From Naegleria gruberi (Eukaryota), in the NCBI GenBank assembly GCA_000004985.1, contig GG738860.1: a stretch of 64,000 nucleotides of DNA, one strand, 5' to 3'. The notes below the pieces were generated by a model. The model was not told the origin of the DNA. It saw only the letters and a list, made by a program, of their open reading frames with translations, and did no database searches. This document shows, piece by piece, positions 1 through 11,296 of the stretch; position 1 is the stretch's first letter, and every line of letters begins with the position of its first letter. The translations under genes were made by a program, and so were the position numbers.

Positions 1-231
1 AAATATTTTGATAAGGTGCTCAACTTAATGAACTACTTCATTCAATAAAACTCAACTGTGCAAGCAAAATTCAAATAATGACTTTTAGGTGTGCACTTTA
101 TTCAAAAGTACAATTTCTATTCAATAATATAGTATTTGTAATGGTATTACAAAATATAAATCAAATTGAATCAAATTGGAGTTATTGCATAATGTTAATT
201 TACAAATTCTTAGAATTATTTACAAGGAAAA

Positions 232-766
232 TTAGAGAATGACACATCTGTGGTCATTCACACTCAACACTTCTATTTTACAAACAATACCAGATCTTGC
301 AGGTACATATGGAGGAGCTCCTTTTTCATAATCTTTGAATAAATTGTATTTCTAATTTCCAATACTTTATAATAAACTTACAAGCTTCTTGATAGGGAAT
401 AACCAGTTCGGCTGTTGTTCCTTCTTTGAGTTTTCCAGATAAAAAGGCTTTCTCCCAACCGTCTATCACTTTACGAGCTCCTGGATCAAGTTTAAATGTA
501 TATGGCTTTTTAATTAGCCAAGTATCATCAAAATCGTGATGTTGTCCTTGTACTCGCTATTGTAGTATGAAATATCATGATCATCACACCATTCCGAAAT
601 TAACAAAAATGTTTAATCATCTTCTTACCATTTTATAGTGTAGGGTGATATAATCGCCCTGCTTTGGTGTCTTTCCACGACCCTCCTTCATGATATTGAT
701 TTGGGTCTCGTTATTTGGATCGGCAGCATCACTCAAAAATAGTGCCATTTTTTTATCTTTGAACAT
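232..766 (-). CDS. FKBP-type peptidyl-prolyl cis-trans isomerase (cytosolic FKBP12-like), 3 exons approx 766-629, 556-382, 332-232
   Basis: Spliced translation gives MFKDKKMALFLSDAADPNNETQINIMKEGRGKTPKQGDYITLHYKM / RVQGQHHDFDDTWLIKKPYTFKLDPGARKVIDGWEKAFLSGKLKEGTTAELVIPYQEA / YYEKGAPPYVPARSGIVCKIEVLSVNDHRCVIL*. The FKBP hallmarks are present: HY..., FDSS-like, GW(E), IP..AY, and a C-terminal hydrophobic beta-strand. Introns begin GTAAGA and GTAAGT with AG acceptors. Confidence 0.6.
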
Positions 767-897
767 GAAATTTAAAAGAACCAAGTTCATAGTGCATTAA
801 TAAAATAATTAACATTATTCAAGCAAGAACAAAGTCATACAATAATTATAGTAAATTTCCTTGTTATATAAAACTAGTTTTCATCAATAAATGTAAG

Positions 898-978
898 TTG
901 AGGTGGCCGAGTGGTTAAGGCGCCAGCCTGCTAAGTTGGTGGAGTAATCCGCGTGGGTTCGAATCCCATCCTCAACGT
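898..978 (+). tRNA. tRNA-Ser (anticodon GCT)
   Basis: Cloverleaf fits by hand. There is a perfect 7-bp acceptor stem GTTGAGG/CCTCAAC and a 3-bp D stem GCC/GGC. The anticodon stem is CCAGC/GTTGG with loop CTGCTAA. A long variable arm is typical of Ser. The T arm is GTGGG-TTCGAAT-CCCAT and the discriminator is G. A T7 run follows immediately. Confidence 0.9.
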
Positions 979-985
979 TTTTTTA
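979..985 (+). terminator. Pol III terminator (T7 run) after tRNA-Ser
   Basis: The sequence ttttttt lies directly 3' of the tRNA. Confidence 0.7.
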
Positions 986-1070
986 CCAATCCATTTTTTG
1001 TTTGTCACAGCAAAATTTTGCTTTTCCTTTAGTTCACAACCAGAGAGTTACAAAGAATGATACAATTTAT

Positions 1071-1394
1071 TTAATCATCAAAATCATTATTTACACTACT
1101 CAAGCTTCTACTAGTATTGATTGCATTATCCACTTTAGTACTATTTGAAGAATTGAGTTTTTCTTGTAGATATTCATCGTAGGTGAGTGAGGCTTTGGAT
1201 GATTGATATCTTTCAGAATCGATTATCTCAAGTAATGAATCAGTTATTTTACCTCTATAGCCAGTTTTTCTGATGAGTGAGTGAATAGTCTCTTCTTGAT
1301 TCCATTCTTGCTCCTTGGAAACTTCAGGAAGATAGGTCTAAAATCAAAATTAGGTTGACCAAAAAATCAGTTAAACTTACACCACTATAACTCA
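1071..1394 (-). CDS. 3' terminal exon(s) of an unknown gene, truncated upstream by the 50-N gap
   Basis: An open frame on the minus strand ends TYLPEVSKEQEWNQEETIHSLIRKTGYRGKITDSLLEIIDSERYQSSKASLTYDEYLQEKLNSSNSTKVDNAINTSRSLSSVNNDFDD* with stop at 1071-1073. It runs into N at 1395. No family recognised. Confidence 0.35.
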
Positions 1395-1444
1395 NNNNNN
1401 NNNNNNNNNNNNNNNNNNNNNNNNNNNNNNNNNNNNNNNNNNNN
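1395..1444. other. assembly gap (50 N)
   Basis: Run of n. Confidence 1.
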
Positions 1445-1753
1445 TCAAAACAATGCTCACACATATCAGTGGAGGCTCTATTTTGTTCTGCCATTCTCTA
1501 TATTCCTGTTCTGTACTAGTATTATCAGCAATATATACTACAATTCTACAATCCAATCTTTGGAAAAACAATTCAAACCCTTCACTATGAAACAAAAGCC
1601 TGAAAATTTGCAATAATTAAATTCTCTCCTTGTTTTTCTAACTTGTTCTATTTTTGTTTTTTTGAAAACGTTGAGGAATTTGAAAAAGGGATGATAAACT
1701 GTTTCGGTACTAAATTCAATCAACGTATTGTTGTTTTATTCAGTTTATTGAGT

Positions 1754-2771
1754 TTATTGTTCTGTGGTGGTGGTGGTAGTAGAGGCAGACGCGTTGTTGT
1801 CATTATTCTTATTGTAAAGTTGATAATAATTGGTGTAGGATGGATAATTCATTTCAATTCTCTTTTGACAACCTTTAGCTGTTGTTTGGTGGAATTCTTT
1901 AGGGAGGAAGGTGAGTGCCCAATCATAAATAACATTGGGAATGAGGCCTCCAGGTGTAACCTGTGTGACACACCAAAATTCACATCTCTTTTTTATAATG
2001 ATTATTGTAAAATATTGTAAATTATTGTCAGCTTACATTTTCATCTATTGGGCTAACTTTCATACCCAAAAATAAAACAGTGGTTCTAACATATTCTGAT
2101 TTAGTTTCCTTTGGGAATGAATCTGCACTCTTACCAATCATCAAGTAGGTATTAGTTTTTTCATCGTATTTCTCTGCATTGACTGTCATTAAATCACGTG
2201 AGCTCACAATTAAATTCCCCTTCTTGACTAAATATTCCAAAACTTGATTTTGTGGCTAAATTATTTCCAATTATTATTATTATTAATATTATTTCACAAA
2301 ATAATTACCTTTCCAGGAATGTTAAAAATTTGTACAATTTCTCTTCCAGCTTCTCTGTTGTCCCACAAATAACGAAAATCATACGCTCTCAAAACATCAT
2401 AAAACACTTGAATTGGATAATTAACAATCATCTTGTACTTGTGTCTGACTGTTAAATGAGAATGTTCTTCACTAATGGTTTTAGATCCTCCTTCACCATT
2501 TAATTTCTTCCACATGATTCTATCCTCTTCCTCGAATAATAATTTATAGTCACCATCCTTATCCTCAATTTCACTCTCTAATTTATCAAAATCCGAAAAT
2601 TCCTATTTCCACAATTTTTCCTTGGTCAAGCATTAATTTCCATCACACAAAACATACCACAAGAGGAAATTTATATTGTTCAAATTTTTCAAAGCTATCG
2701 GAAACTATCTCTTCAAGCTTTGGTTTGATGAAGAGTGATTGTGCAGGTGTCGACGAGAACCATCCAGCCAT
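1754..2771 (-). CDS. START (StAR-related lipid-transfer / PCTP-like) domain protein, about 4 exons
   Basis: Exon translations are MAGWFSSTPAQSLFIKPKLEEIVSDSFEKFEQYKFPLV / EFSDFDKLESEIEDKDGDYKLLFEEEDRIMWKKLNGEGGSKTISEEHSHLTVRHKYKMIVNYPIQVFYDVLRAYDFRYLWDNREAGREIVQIFNIPGK / PQNQVLEYLVKKGNLIVSSRDLM...MKVSPIDEN / RCEFWCVTQVTPGGLIPNVIYDWALTFLPKEFHQ...*. YDVLRAYDFRYLWD matches the PCTP YDVLMDIDYRKQWD signature. Introns begin GTATGT, GTAATT and GTAAGC. Confidence 0.5.
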
Positions 2772-2895
2772 TTTTTATTGTTGTGTGTTGCAATAATTTG
2801 GAAGGTGTTGGAGGCATAGGCGGAATACTGAACTCCGCTGTACTTACTGATTTCTCGTCCCCAAGCAGGGCAAGACAATTAGTAATAGAGAGAGC

Positions 2896-4195
2896 TTATA
2901 AATTCCACATTGGACGATGATTTGGTTCTTTGAGGGATGGTACTGCTACGAGTTCATTATTGTTTTCCTTCACTTCAACAATTACATTGGACATTTCATC
3001 CATTTCATCAAAGATTAAATGTTCGAGTGATCTGAATGGTTTAACCCAGCCCTTTATCTGGGAAGCTCTCATTCTCTCATCTTTGCATCTGTAGGTGACA
3101 ATATTGAAATTGGATCTTTTCCAATAGGGAGCTAATTTAGCTTCCTCTTCATTGTCATTCTCAAAGAACGTTTCATTAATTCTCGAGAGGAAACCCTCAT
3201 GGGAGTCATGTTGACTTGCTGATGGTGGGGGTGTAATTAATTCTCTACCAACTGTTTGATTAATCATATCAGTACTCTTCTTTTTGAAATCAGTCCACTT
3301 TTCCCATAATTCTTGCTTGTTAAGAATAACTTTGGTGTATAATTTGATGCTCGCGTATTTAGGCCACATTGTTGAGCTATTTAAAATATGAGCTATTTTC
3401 AAACCATTTGATGTCCAATAGGCACAATTTCCTCTTTCTGCAATTCCAGAAAACCATGAAAAGCCCTTAAATAAGTTATAAATTGGTCCATTAACCATAC
3501 TATATTTGGCCATATTCAAATCACCCAATTTTTGAGTTTCCACAAAATATTCATGCATTTGTTTAATGTATTCTTCTGGCCATTCCTCAAATCTGAAAGA
3601 AATCATTGTTCTCGAATAAATTCCACCTTGTTCATTACCATCATCCACTGTACATTTACTGCATGTTTAATTCACAACATGTCAACCAATATATAATTAT
3701 TCCATTAAACATACCTCGGATGTCCAAACAAATAATCATCAGCAGGTATAAAATTCACCATTCTATGACCTGGTTTTCCAACAACTATTACAAAGATGAC
3801 AAAATATTCAGAATAATATTTCAACAATTAAAATACCTACTATTCATCACTATTGATTTTCCATCTTCTGGATTAGTATATCGAATAGCAGAGTGACCAT
3901 ACGGATTCACTGATGAATCCGAACTAAATATCCTCGTCGTTAACAATGAAGGAGTCACATAAATATATTCAAAAGCAGGAGCCTTCTTCTTCCCCAGCAG
4001 AGAATCAATCTCTGTTAATGCTGTTTCTTTATTAATCACCTCCCTCATATCTTGATGCTGAATTGCTTTAGAAAAACATTGTTTCTTCATCATTGCTCTT
4101 GAAAAAGGATAATCATTATTCTTGTTGATTAATAATTTCCGAGATAAAGTAAAAGCTGTAGTAGTTGTACTAAAACGCGATAATGATCTCAACAT
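2896..4195 (-). CDS. conserved hypothetical protein, possibly a permuted papain-fold (NlpC/P60-LRAT/PPPDE-like) His...Cys enzyme; 3 exons
   Basis: ORFs at 3821-4228 and 2896-3648 are joined by a small exon (VVGKPGHRMVNFIPADDYLFGHP). Splice sites are AG|GTATTT and AG|GTATGT. The likely ATG is at 4195 (aaaaaaATGTTGAGA). YGHSAIRY ... GNCAYWTS resembles the His-then-Cys arrangement of LRAT/PPPDE families. This is weak evidence. Confidence 0.4.
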
Positions 4196-4359
4196 TTTTT
4201 TGATTGAATTTCTTTCAGTAAAAGGCAAGGAATAGATTCAATCAAATTCATGTAGTTGCTACTGTGAACTTTCTATGCCATCAGATTGTTAATTGTCAGT
4301 AATTGGTGGAAATAAGTGATTACAAAATATTTTAAACCAATTCGAATATTAGAAAAAAC

Positions 4360-6042
4360 ATGTCAAAGAGACCAGCCGAATCTTCTTCCGAAGATGAAGA
4401 AGAAGATTACTCATCAGAGGAGGAGAATGTACAAGAATCGTCATCAATTAAAACTAAACCAATTCAAGTAAATCCACTCCATGCCGATAAGATTGTTCGA
4501 CAAATATTGATTAAACCCAAATGGCATGCCAAGATTGACAATAAGAGAATTATTAAAAAGTGGAGAGACGAATGTACCAAACAAGGTATATCAAACTCTA
4601 GTTTTGATGTTGGAATTGATATCTTACGTGATATCAAAGCAATTTCCCACTCTGTTCACTATTGTTGTGGATATTGTGGTGCTCAACCAAAGAAGAAACT
4701 ATTCTCTGATCCCGATAGTGATGCAGAAGAATTGAATGAAGATGAAGAACTTTTCGATGGAACTCTTGAAGATAAGAAACCGAGTAAAAAGAAGAAAAAA
4801 GTAATGAGGATTTCATATTCGGACGATGAGGAGTATAATGATGATGATGGTGAAAGAAGATCATATAGGAGGTCAACCAAGTTTTGTCTTTGTCCATGTG
4901 CTCATTGTGCATTTAAGGAACAGAAAGTTGGACCAGATGTATGTGTTGAGAAGGAAGATTGGATTCCAGAAGAGTTGACTGAAAGATTGAAGAAACATTT
5001 GAATTCTTTGGTGGAGAGTACACCTAAGGAGGAATGGGATTGGCATCCTGGTTCAAATCAACAAGTTCTCGATATTATCCATCCTTCATTGTATTGCTAT
5101 TCGAAAGAGCATAGTATTTTGAAAGGGGATACGAAAAAAAAGTTGGTAAAGAATATGAAACAGATTAACACTCAATGGCTACCAACAGATTTTGAAGTTG
5201 ACAAACAAGGAAATGTCAAACCACTTTCCTATATCAATAACATTAATCCAACATCACAGAAAGAATTACAAGATACTATTTGTGAGGTCTTGTCACATTT
5301 AACTCAACCAGTCAAGAAATTTGTCAAGTTCAAAAAGAAGGTTCAAGTAATTGTCAAGGCAGCAAATGTAATTGTCACTCCAGAACAAGGTTTCTATCCA
5401 GGTGGTACTTGGCACTCAGAAGGGGATACTGAGAATATTGTAGCTACTGCCATCTTTTATTATGAATGTCAAAATGTGAAGGAAAGTGTTTTGGAATTTA
5501 GATCTTCATTGGATGAGGAAAGTTTTTTTGGTATTGAGCAAGATAATGTAAAACAAGCTTGGGACAGATGTAATGTAAGTTACCTTAATTCAATATTCAT
5601 CAATTAATTTCTCAAATTTCTTTGAAAGATTCATGATCGTGATAAATTATTCACAATTTTGGGAAATGTCAAAACCACAGAAGGAAAATGCATCTTCTTC
5701 CCAAATACCCATCAACACAGAGTTAGACATTTCTTCCCAAAGGATCCAACTGAGGTTGCCACCAGAAAAATTCTTGTCTTTTTCTTTGTTGATCCAGAAA
5801 AGCCAATTGTTTCAACTTCAAACATTGATAATCAGAGGAGAGATGCTGCCATTTCGAATGCATTCCCTCTCGTTAAAAAGTTACCTTATCCAATTCTTAT
5901 TAAGGAGATTATTCCATTCCTTCCTTTGATGAGTAAGGCACAAGCCGAAGAGGTTCGTGAGCAATTGATGGAGAGTAGAAAGTACAAAAGGGATGAACAA
6001 AATGAATTATACGAAAGAGAATTCTCATTATGTGAACATTAA
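4360..6042 (+). CDS. DUF4246-like protein with acidic N-terminus, 2 exons (4360-5574, 5629-6042)
   Basis: A long ORF with a Ser/Glu/Asp-rich N-terminus. CRCN|GTAAGT gives a 54-nt intron, then ag|IHDRDKLFTILGNVKTTEGKCIFFPNTHQHRVRHFFPKDPTEVATRKILVFFFVDPEKP. The FPN..QHRV..F...DPT....RKIL.FF.VDP block is, from memory, the DUF4246 signature. Confidence 0.5.
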
Positions 6043-6159
6043 ATTCTACCAAATTATTGAAATTTATTCCTGGTTATTATTAATATTAATATTAAAAATT
6101 ACTAGAATGAAGTTGATGAACTCAACGCAATCACAATATTAATAAAACAATTAAAAAAA

Positions 6160-7539
6160 ATGATTAGAAGAAGAGTTTCGGATCAATCTTCATCATCTTC
6201 GGGTGCTTCTCCTTCATCATCAAAAACAAGACAACACCAACTATTAAATAATATAACTCTACCAAATACTAATACTAGCAATAGTGTACTACCATCAACA
6301 TCAGCATCTGTTGGATCGACTGCGGAATCGACTGCTAAAATTAATGAAAAAACAAAATATGAATTGAGTACATTGCTACATAAACATTGCTCAAAGGATG
6401 CTGATGCCTATGTTGAGGATGCAATTTTACATAAATTTAAATCAATACTAAAGCAAGGAGATGTCTATGTTGAGACTGCTTATCATCAATTGATAAAATC
6501 GATATTGACAAAGAAGAATTCCACCATTCGATATTTTGCATTGACTTTTATTCATGAAGCAATGAGAAGTAAACGATTTAGAACACTTCTGGCTCAGGAT
6601 TTTAAGGAATTTATTATATTGACAGTGGCAGGTAGTCCAGCAAGTAGGACGGATGCTGCCACTTCGAACGTTAGTAGTGGTAAAGATAATGCATTCCTAA
6701 CGAGGAAAAATTCAAAATATAGTGCTATTTGTGTGCCTGATGTGTTGCCTCCACCTGAGAAATCTGCAATGAAATTGAGAGCAAAGGCATTGGAATATAT
6801 TGAAAATTGGAGTGAAACATATGGTCAATTGTATCCATCTTTTCAAAAAGGATATGAGTATATTGAAAAGAAATTGAGATTTCAATTTCCTAAACTGAGA
6901 GAACATCATCTCAATCAAGTTCAAATTCGAAATGAAAGACAAAGACATAGACAAACTATTTTATTGGGAAAATTTAAGAATATTAAGGATAATGATTTTG
7001 AAAAGATGGCCCACATTGAAGTGTGTCTGAGACAACTCGAGGTTTGTCTCGAACAGATTATTCCATCATTTGAAGAAATGATGAAAATTGCAATTAGAGA
7101 GGACGAATCAGTCAATCCACCTGTCACTATTGATCCAAACTTTAATTATATTGAAACTATAAATTCAACCTCTGATGAGAATATAACCGAGCAAAATAAT
7201 GTACAAAACGATAATTATAATGTAAATATGGATAACTATGAAATAACTGCGGAGGAAAATGAAGAGGATGAATGGGAAGAGGTAACAGGTTATCAAGAGG
7301 AAGAGGATGAAAACTCTGTGCCTCTAGACATTGATGACATGATGAAAGATGTTGGTATCTTCTCGAATGATTATGAGATTACAATTGATTTGAAAGATAT
7401 TTTCCAAGACCAGGAAACTATTGACAATACCACACTCTTTGAAATTTGTAAGGAAAATTTACGTACACTGAGGAAGACATACTTTCCTCAAATTAAGGAA
7501 TGGATGAGAATAATGACTGCTATTAAAAGAACCAGGTGA
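6160..7539 (+). CDS. hypothetical protein with N-terminal VHS/ENTH-like helical region and acidic C-terminus
   Basis: Continuous 459-aa ORF. It has an N-terminal Ser-rich tract, then KYELSTLLHKHCSKDADAYVEDAILHKFKSILKQ...IRYFALTFIHEAMRSKRFRTLLAQDF (helical repeat). The C-terminus is Asp/Glu-rich. Confidence 0.45.
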   Translation: MIRRRVSDQSSSSSGASPSSSKTRQHQLLNNITLPNTNTSNSVLPSTSASVGSTAESTAKINEKTKYELSTLLHKHCSKDADAYVEDAILHKFKSILKQGDVYVETAYHQLIKSILTKKNSTIRYFALTFIHEAMRSKRFRTLLAQDFKEFIILTVAGSPASRTDAATSNVSSGKDNAFLTRKNSKYSAICVPDVLPPPEKSAMKLRAKALEYIENWSETYGQLYPSFQKGYEYIEKKLRFQFPKLREHHLNQVQIRNERQRHRQTILLGKFKNIKDNDFEKMAHIEVCLRQLEVCLEQIIPSFEEMMKIAIREDESVNPPVTIDPNFNYIETINSTSDENITEQNNVQNDNYNVNMDNYEITAEENEEDEWEEVTGYQEEEDENSVPLDIDDMMKDVGIFSNDYEITIDLKDIFQDQETIDNTTLFEICKENLRTLRKTYFPQIKEWMRIMTAIKRTR

Positions 7540-7763
7540 TATTTTCTCAATGTATTGACATGAAAACAAGATTACTACTGTATTTGACAAGTGTGAAAAA
7601 CTCAAAATTGAAAACTTTGAGGCAATAGAAAAGACCAAATCAATGGAAAAGCAAATTGAAGCAGCAAGGAAAATTGAAGAGGAAATTATTGAGGATTTGA
7701 TTCTTAAAAGAAAACGAAACAATACTGACTCTAGTAAAAATAAAAAGCAAAAGATGAAATAAT

Positions 7764-8936
7764 TTATGATTGTTGGGTAGTTGTTTGTTGTTCAGTTGTT
7801 GTGGATGGAGTTGAAGAAACAAAGAATGATTTGATAAGGGCAGCAAAATTGTTGGCCATGTCATCACTTGGGAATTGAGCAAAACCGTGGACAACCTTTG
7901 GAGTTCTGAAATGTTTGAGTGTAGATGTACCATTAGAAGCTTCAGTAACAACACGAGCAAATTCAGCAGCTTCATCTCTCAAAATGTCATATTCAGCAGT
8001 AATGACGAAACCTCCAGGAAGCTTTGAGTAAACCTTAGCTCTAGCATCAGGATCACGAGTATCCAATGCACTCATAACTGAAAAGTATGGATTGGCAGCA
8101 GCTTCTTCATCTGAAACTTGGGTTCCAAGAAGATATCTCCAAAACTTCTCAAGAACTGGACTATCCAAAACAAATCCAAAATCTCCAAATAATTTGTAAG
8201 ATTCAAACTTGGTTCTATTAGCAGGATAATAGTGAAGAGCTGGATAGAAGAGAGCTTGTTGATGAATTTTTGGAATTTGTTCCTTCTTGACAATTTCCTG
8301 ATCTGCCATCAATAACCTAACAAGGGCATGTGAAGTAATATGACCACCAGCAGAGTCACCAGAAACAGTGAGTTGATTAAGATTGGCATTATACTTTTCA
8401 TCCCTCAAATTCTTTCCAACCCAAGTCAATGCATTCAATAAATCATTCAAACAAGCTGGGAAAACATTTTCTGGAGCTTTTCTATATCCAACACTGACAA
8501 CTACAAATCCCTTCTCTGACATTTTTCTACAGAATGAATCATAAACGTCAATATGATTTAAAACCCATCCACCACCATGAGTATAAACTAATACTGGATA
8601 TCCACCTGGACGATGTTGTTTTGGTGTGTAAATTCTCAATAAATATTGTGCCATATCACTTGTTGAATCCATCTCTTTCAAATACAATTCCGATGATGAA
8701 ATATTATATTGAATTTGATGAGTAGTTTTTTGCAATAAACTAGATTCCATAGTAGTATTTCTAACCTTGTACAATTCCTGTCTGAATTTTACAATATCTG
8801 CAAATCTAACAGATAATTTAAATACCATACTCTTATAATATAATTGGAATGATAAATCAGGAAATAAAATCAACGGATACAATGCATAGGCAACAAGCAC
8901 CAACAAGAGTGCCAAAATTCCGAATGCCACCTTCAT
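7764..8936 (-). CDS. alpha/beta-hydrolase fold-3 esterase/lipase (arylacetamide deacetylase / HSL-like), N-terminal TM anchor
   Basis: HGGGW oxyanion motif (YTHGGGWVLN) and GDSAGG nucleophile elbow are present. The N-terminus MKVAFGILALLLVLVAYALYP is hydrophobic. The ORF track extends to 9167, but the first plausible ATG is at 8936. Confidence 0.8.
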   Translation of the reverse strand: MKVAFGILALLLVLVAYALYPLILFPDLSFQLYYKSMVFKLSVRFADIVKFRQELYKVRNTTMESSLLQKTTHQIQYNISSSELYLKEMDSTSDMAQYLLRIYTPKQHRPGGYPVLVYTHGGGWVLNHIDVYDSFCRKMSEKGFVVVSVGYRKAPENVFPACLNDLLNALTWVGKNLRDEKYNANLNQLTVSGDSAGGHITSHALVRLLMADQEIVKKEQIPKIHQQALFYPALHYYPANRTKFESYKLFGDFGFVLDSPVLEKFWRYLLGTQVSDEEAAANPYFSVMSALDTRDPDARAKVYSKLPGGFVITAEYDILRDEAAEFARVVTEASNGTSTLKHFRTPKVVHGFAQFPSDDMANNFAALIKSFFVSSTPSTTTEQQTTTQQS

Positions 8937-9235
8937 GATAATTCTAATGCTGCTGACCACTAAAACAAAAACACAAACTCCTGGTGTGCAAAGCTGCTGA
9001 TCTTTATATTTTTTTTTTAAAGCGAAAGAGCGAAAACCAAGCGAAAATTTATTATTATTCCCTTGCTCAATGCTCAATAAGAATTTCAATGGTTCAATTA
9101 TTTGGAAATAGAAGGTCAGATTTACATATTGAGGTGATTTTTGTGGAGTAAGGTGGGTGGTGTTCAATATTTTTTGAAGGTTAATTGGCGAAGTATCATC
9201 ATGATGTTGGGACTTGAGATTTTCTTGGTGGAAAT

Positions 9236-9418
9236 TTAGTACATTAAGCGAGTTATCATTGTATCGAGATTGTTTGCAGCCTCTGTGAAATCTATCTCTT
9301 CCATTCCTTGCTGAGTGTATTGCCAGAGGTGAATCTTTCTTTTGAAATTGGAGGTGAAGATAGAATGAAAATCTTGTAATGTCTTAGTGATTGAAGCAGA
9401 GTTGACGAGGTGAGACAT
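9236..9418 (-). CDS. small hypothetical protein (60 aa)
   Basis: ATG-initiated ORF MSHLVNSASITKTLQDFHSIFTSNFKRKIHLWQYTQQGMEEIDFTEAANNLDTMITRLMY*. No family recognised. Confidence 0.25.
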   Translation of the reverse strand: MSHLVNSASITKTLQDFHSIFTSNFKRKIHLWQYTQQGMEEIDFTEAANNLDTMITRLMY

Positions 9419-9628
9419 TTTCAAAGTGTCAGATTAGAATACTATTTGAGGGAATTGTAATTTTGTTACTATAATCGCCTCCTTTCAACTGAAGAGTTGG
9501 TCCCAATGCAGAAAGAGATCCATATGAATGAACTGACGTAAAGCATGCCTTTGGCTTCTGAATACTATCTAGAGTAGAAATTGTTTGGTTTAAATATTTC
9601 ACTTGGCAAATCATTCATCAGAGGATAG

Positions 9629-9939
9629 TCAAACTCTGAACATCCCATTTGAATAATGCACATCATCTGGAACTAGATTATTCCACATTTTCCTCAAATT
9701 TCCACGTGCAAATTCACCAGGAAATCGTAAAAAGCTGTTATTTTGTTCCCTAAGCCTTTTCACCAAGTTTTCATTACCAATACACCAATCTACCATCACA
9801 CTCCTCGACTTGAAACTCTGTGAATTGTCTTGATAAAAGTAAACATTCGGATCACCTTTTGGCTCATCCTCGGAGAGGGTTTGTTCTTCATAAATATTCT
9901 CGATAAAATCTCTTCCAATTCTTGTTCCTCCAATTCCAT
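9629..9939 (-). CDS. small hypothetical gene immediately downstream of PTH2; frame break (1-nt indel or 38-nt mini-intron)
   Basis: ATG at 9939 gives MELEEQELEEILSRIFMKNKPSPRMSQK. The downstream conserved-looking part SFKSRSVMVDWCIGNENLVKRLREQNNSFLRFPGEFARGNLRKMWNNLVPDDVHYSNGMFRV* is in another frame. The two are joined if gtgatccg...ttcacag is a 38-nt intron. Confidence 0.3.
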
Positions 9940-9967
9940 TTTGTTTTTGAAATATTTATTAATATTT

Positions 9968-10452
9968 TTACAATAATTTCAAATGTTTTGTAACAGTATC
10001 AATTAATTCTACAGGAGCTGGACCAATTCCAAGTACTGTTTTCGATCCAGCTTCAATTTGAGTTCTTCCAGCATCAACAACAAGATAACAATTCAAACGT
10101 TGTTGTAAACATTTTTGAAATAAATTATCCAATTCCTTATCACTATCTGCTTTAAGACAAATCTTAGCTTCAGCTGTTACTTCCCAGTCATGTAAATATT
10201 GTTTCCATTGTTGCATATCTTGGTTGGTGATTTGTGTTGGCTCTGAATTTGATGATGAAAATAATAATTGAGTTTGAGCAAAATAGGAGGTGTTTTCATA
10301 GAGAATATTTCTATAGAGACCGACAGCTGCATGACAACATTGAGCAGCAATCTTTCCTTTACCCATATTCAAATCATTTCTAACAACAAATACCATCTTG
10401 TAAGCCTTTGATGTCGGGAATGATTTCATCAAATATTCTTGATATTTTTGAT
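9968..10452 (-). CDS. PTRH2: peptidyl-tRNA hydrolase 2 (PTH2) catalytic domain; 5' part lost in the 491-N gap
   Basis: MVFVVRNDLNMGKGKIAAQCCHAAVG ... DAGRTQIEAGSKTVLGIGPAPVELIDTVTKHLKLL* matches the PTH2 family consensus, including its typical HLKLL end. Confidence 0.8.
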
Positions 10453-10943
10453 NNNNNNNNNNNNNNNNNNNNNNNNNNNNNNNNNNNNNNNNNNNNNNNN
10501 NNNNNNNNNNNNNNNNNNNNNNNNNNNNNNNNNNNNNNNNNNNNNNNNNNNNNNNNNNNNNNNNNNNNNNNNNNNNNNNNNNNNNNNNNNNNNNNNNNNN
10601 NNNNNNNNNNNNNNNNNNNNNNNNNNNNNNNNNNNNNNNNNNNNNNNNNNNNNNNNNNNNNNNNNNNNNNNNNNNNNNNNNNNNNNNNNNNNNNNNNNNN
10701 NNNNNNNNNNNNNNNNNNNNNNNNNNNNNNNNNNNNNNNNNNNNNNNNNNNNNNNNNNNNNNNNNNNNNNNNNNNNNNNNNNNNNNNNNNNNNNNNNNNN
10801 NNNNNNNNNNNNNNNNNNNNNNNNNNNNNNNNNNNNNNNNNNNNNNNNNNNNNNNNNNNNNNNNNNNNNNNNNNNNNNNNNNNNNNNNNNNNNNNNNNNN
10901 NNNNNNNNNNNNNNNNNNNNNNNNNNNNNNNNNNNNNNNNNNN
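10453..10943. other. assembly gap (491 N)
   Basis: Run of n. ORFs that span it are artefacts. Confidence 1.
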
Positions 10944-11296
10944 TGTGTTCTTGTGATGACATTTTTTAATGAGTTGGAATTATTTTGAAAATAATCACAT
11001 GAGGAATAAATTGCAGAATTGAACATCAATCTCGAGCCAATAAATTCACAAACAATTAAGAACTCTCCAATTAGACTTTAGATAGTTAAGGGATTGTTGA
11101 CGGAAGAGAATTTCATGTTTTATAGTTAGTATTTATAGAAATTAATAACAATAATAATTTGTACTTCACAACAGGAAAGTTGAAGAAACAATAATTTTCA
11201 AGTGGAAACTTTACAATTTCTTTCATCAAGAGGATTATCCAATCAATCAATTATTGAAATAAAAAAAAATTCAAATCACCCAGATCTTCTTTGAAC

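Noticed and set aside
1643-2020. Plus-strand 125-aa ORF with a Gly/Arg/Val run
   Set aside because: It is antisense to the last exon of the START-domain gene. The GGT/GGC repeats there encode a TTTTT run on the coding strand. No start context and no conservation.
7560-7762. Lys/Glu-rich open frame (ITTVFDKCEKLKIENFEAIEK...KNKKQKMK*) downstream of the 6160-7539 gene, considered as an alternative 3' exon
   Set aside because: The upstream ORF ends at an in-frame TGA (…TR*). The only GT at 7538 (AG|GTGATA) leaves phase 2, and no downstream AG acceptor restores this frame. It is most likely 3' UTR, or an unsupported small ORF.
7640-7975. 111-aa minus-strand ORF overlapping the 3' end of the AADAC-like gene
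   Set aside because: It is an out-of-frame overlap with a well-supported hydrolase CDS. It is low-complexity (L/N/H-rich) with no motif.
9945-9968. Possibility that PTH2 reads through its stop into the downstream ORF (same frame)
   Set aside because: PTH2 family proteins characteristically end ...HLKLL, as here. TAA is followed 6 nt later by a second in-frame TAA, so readthrough is implausible. The frame coincidence is noted only in the finding above.
10408-11029. Three overlapping ORFs (both strands) and the 353-aa extension of the PTH2 ORF across 10453-10943
   Set aside because: They are read through a run of 491 N. The translated X-runs are artefacts of the gap, not sequence. Only the PTH2 part 3' of the gap is supported.
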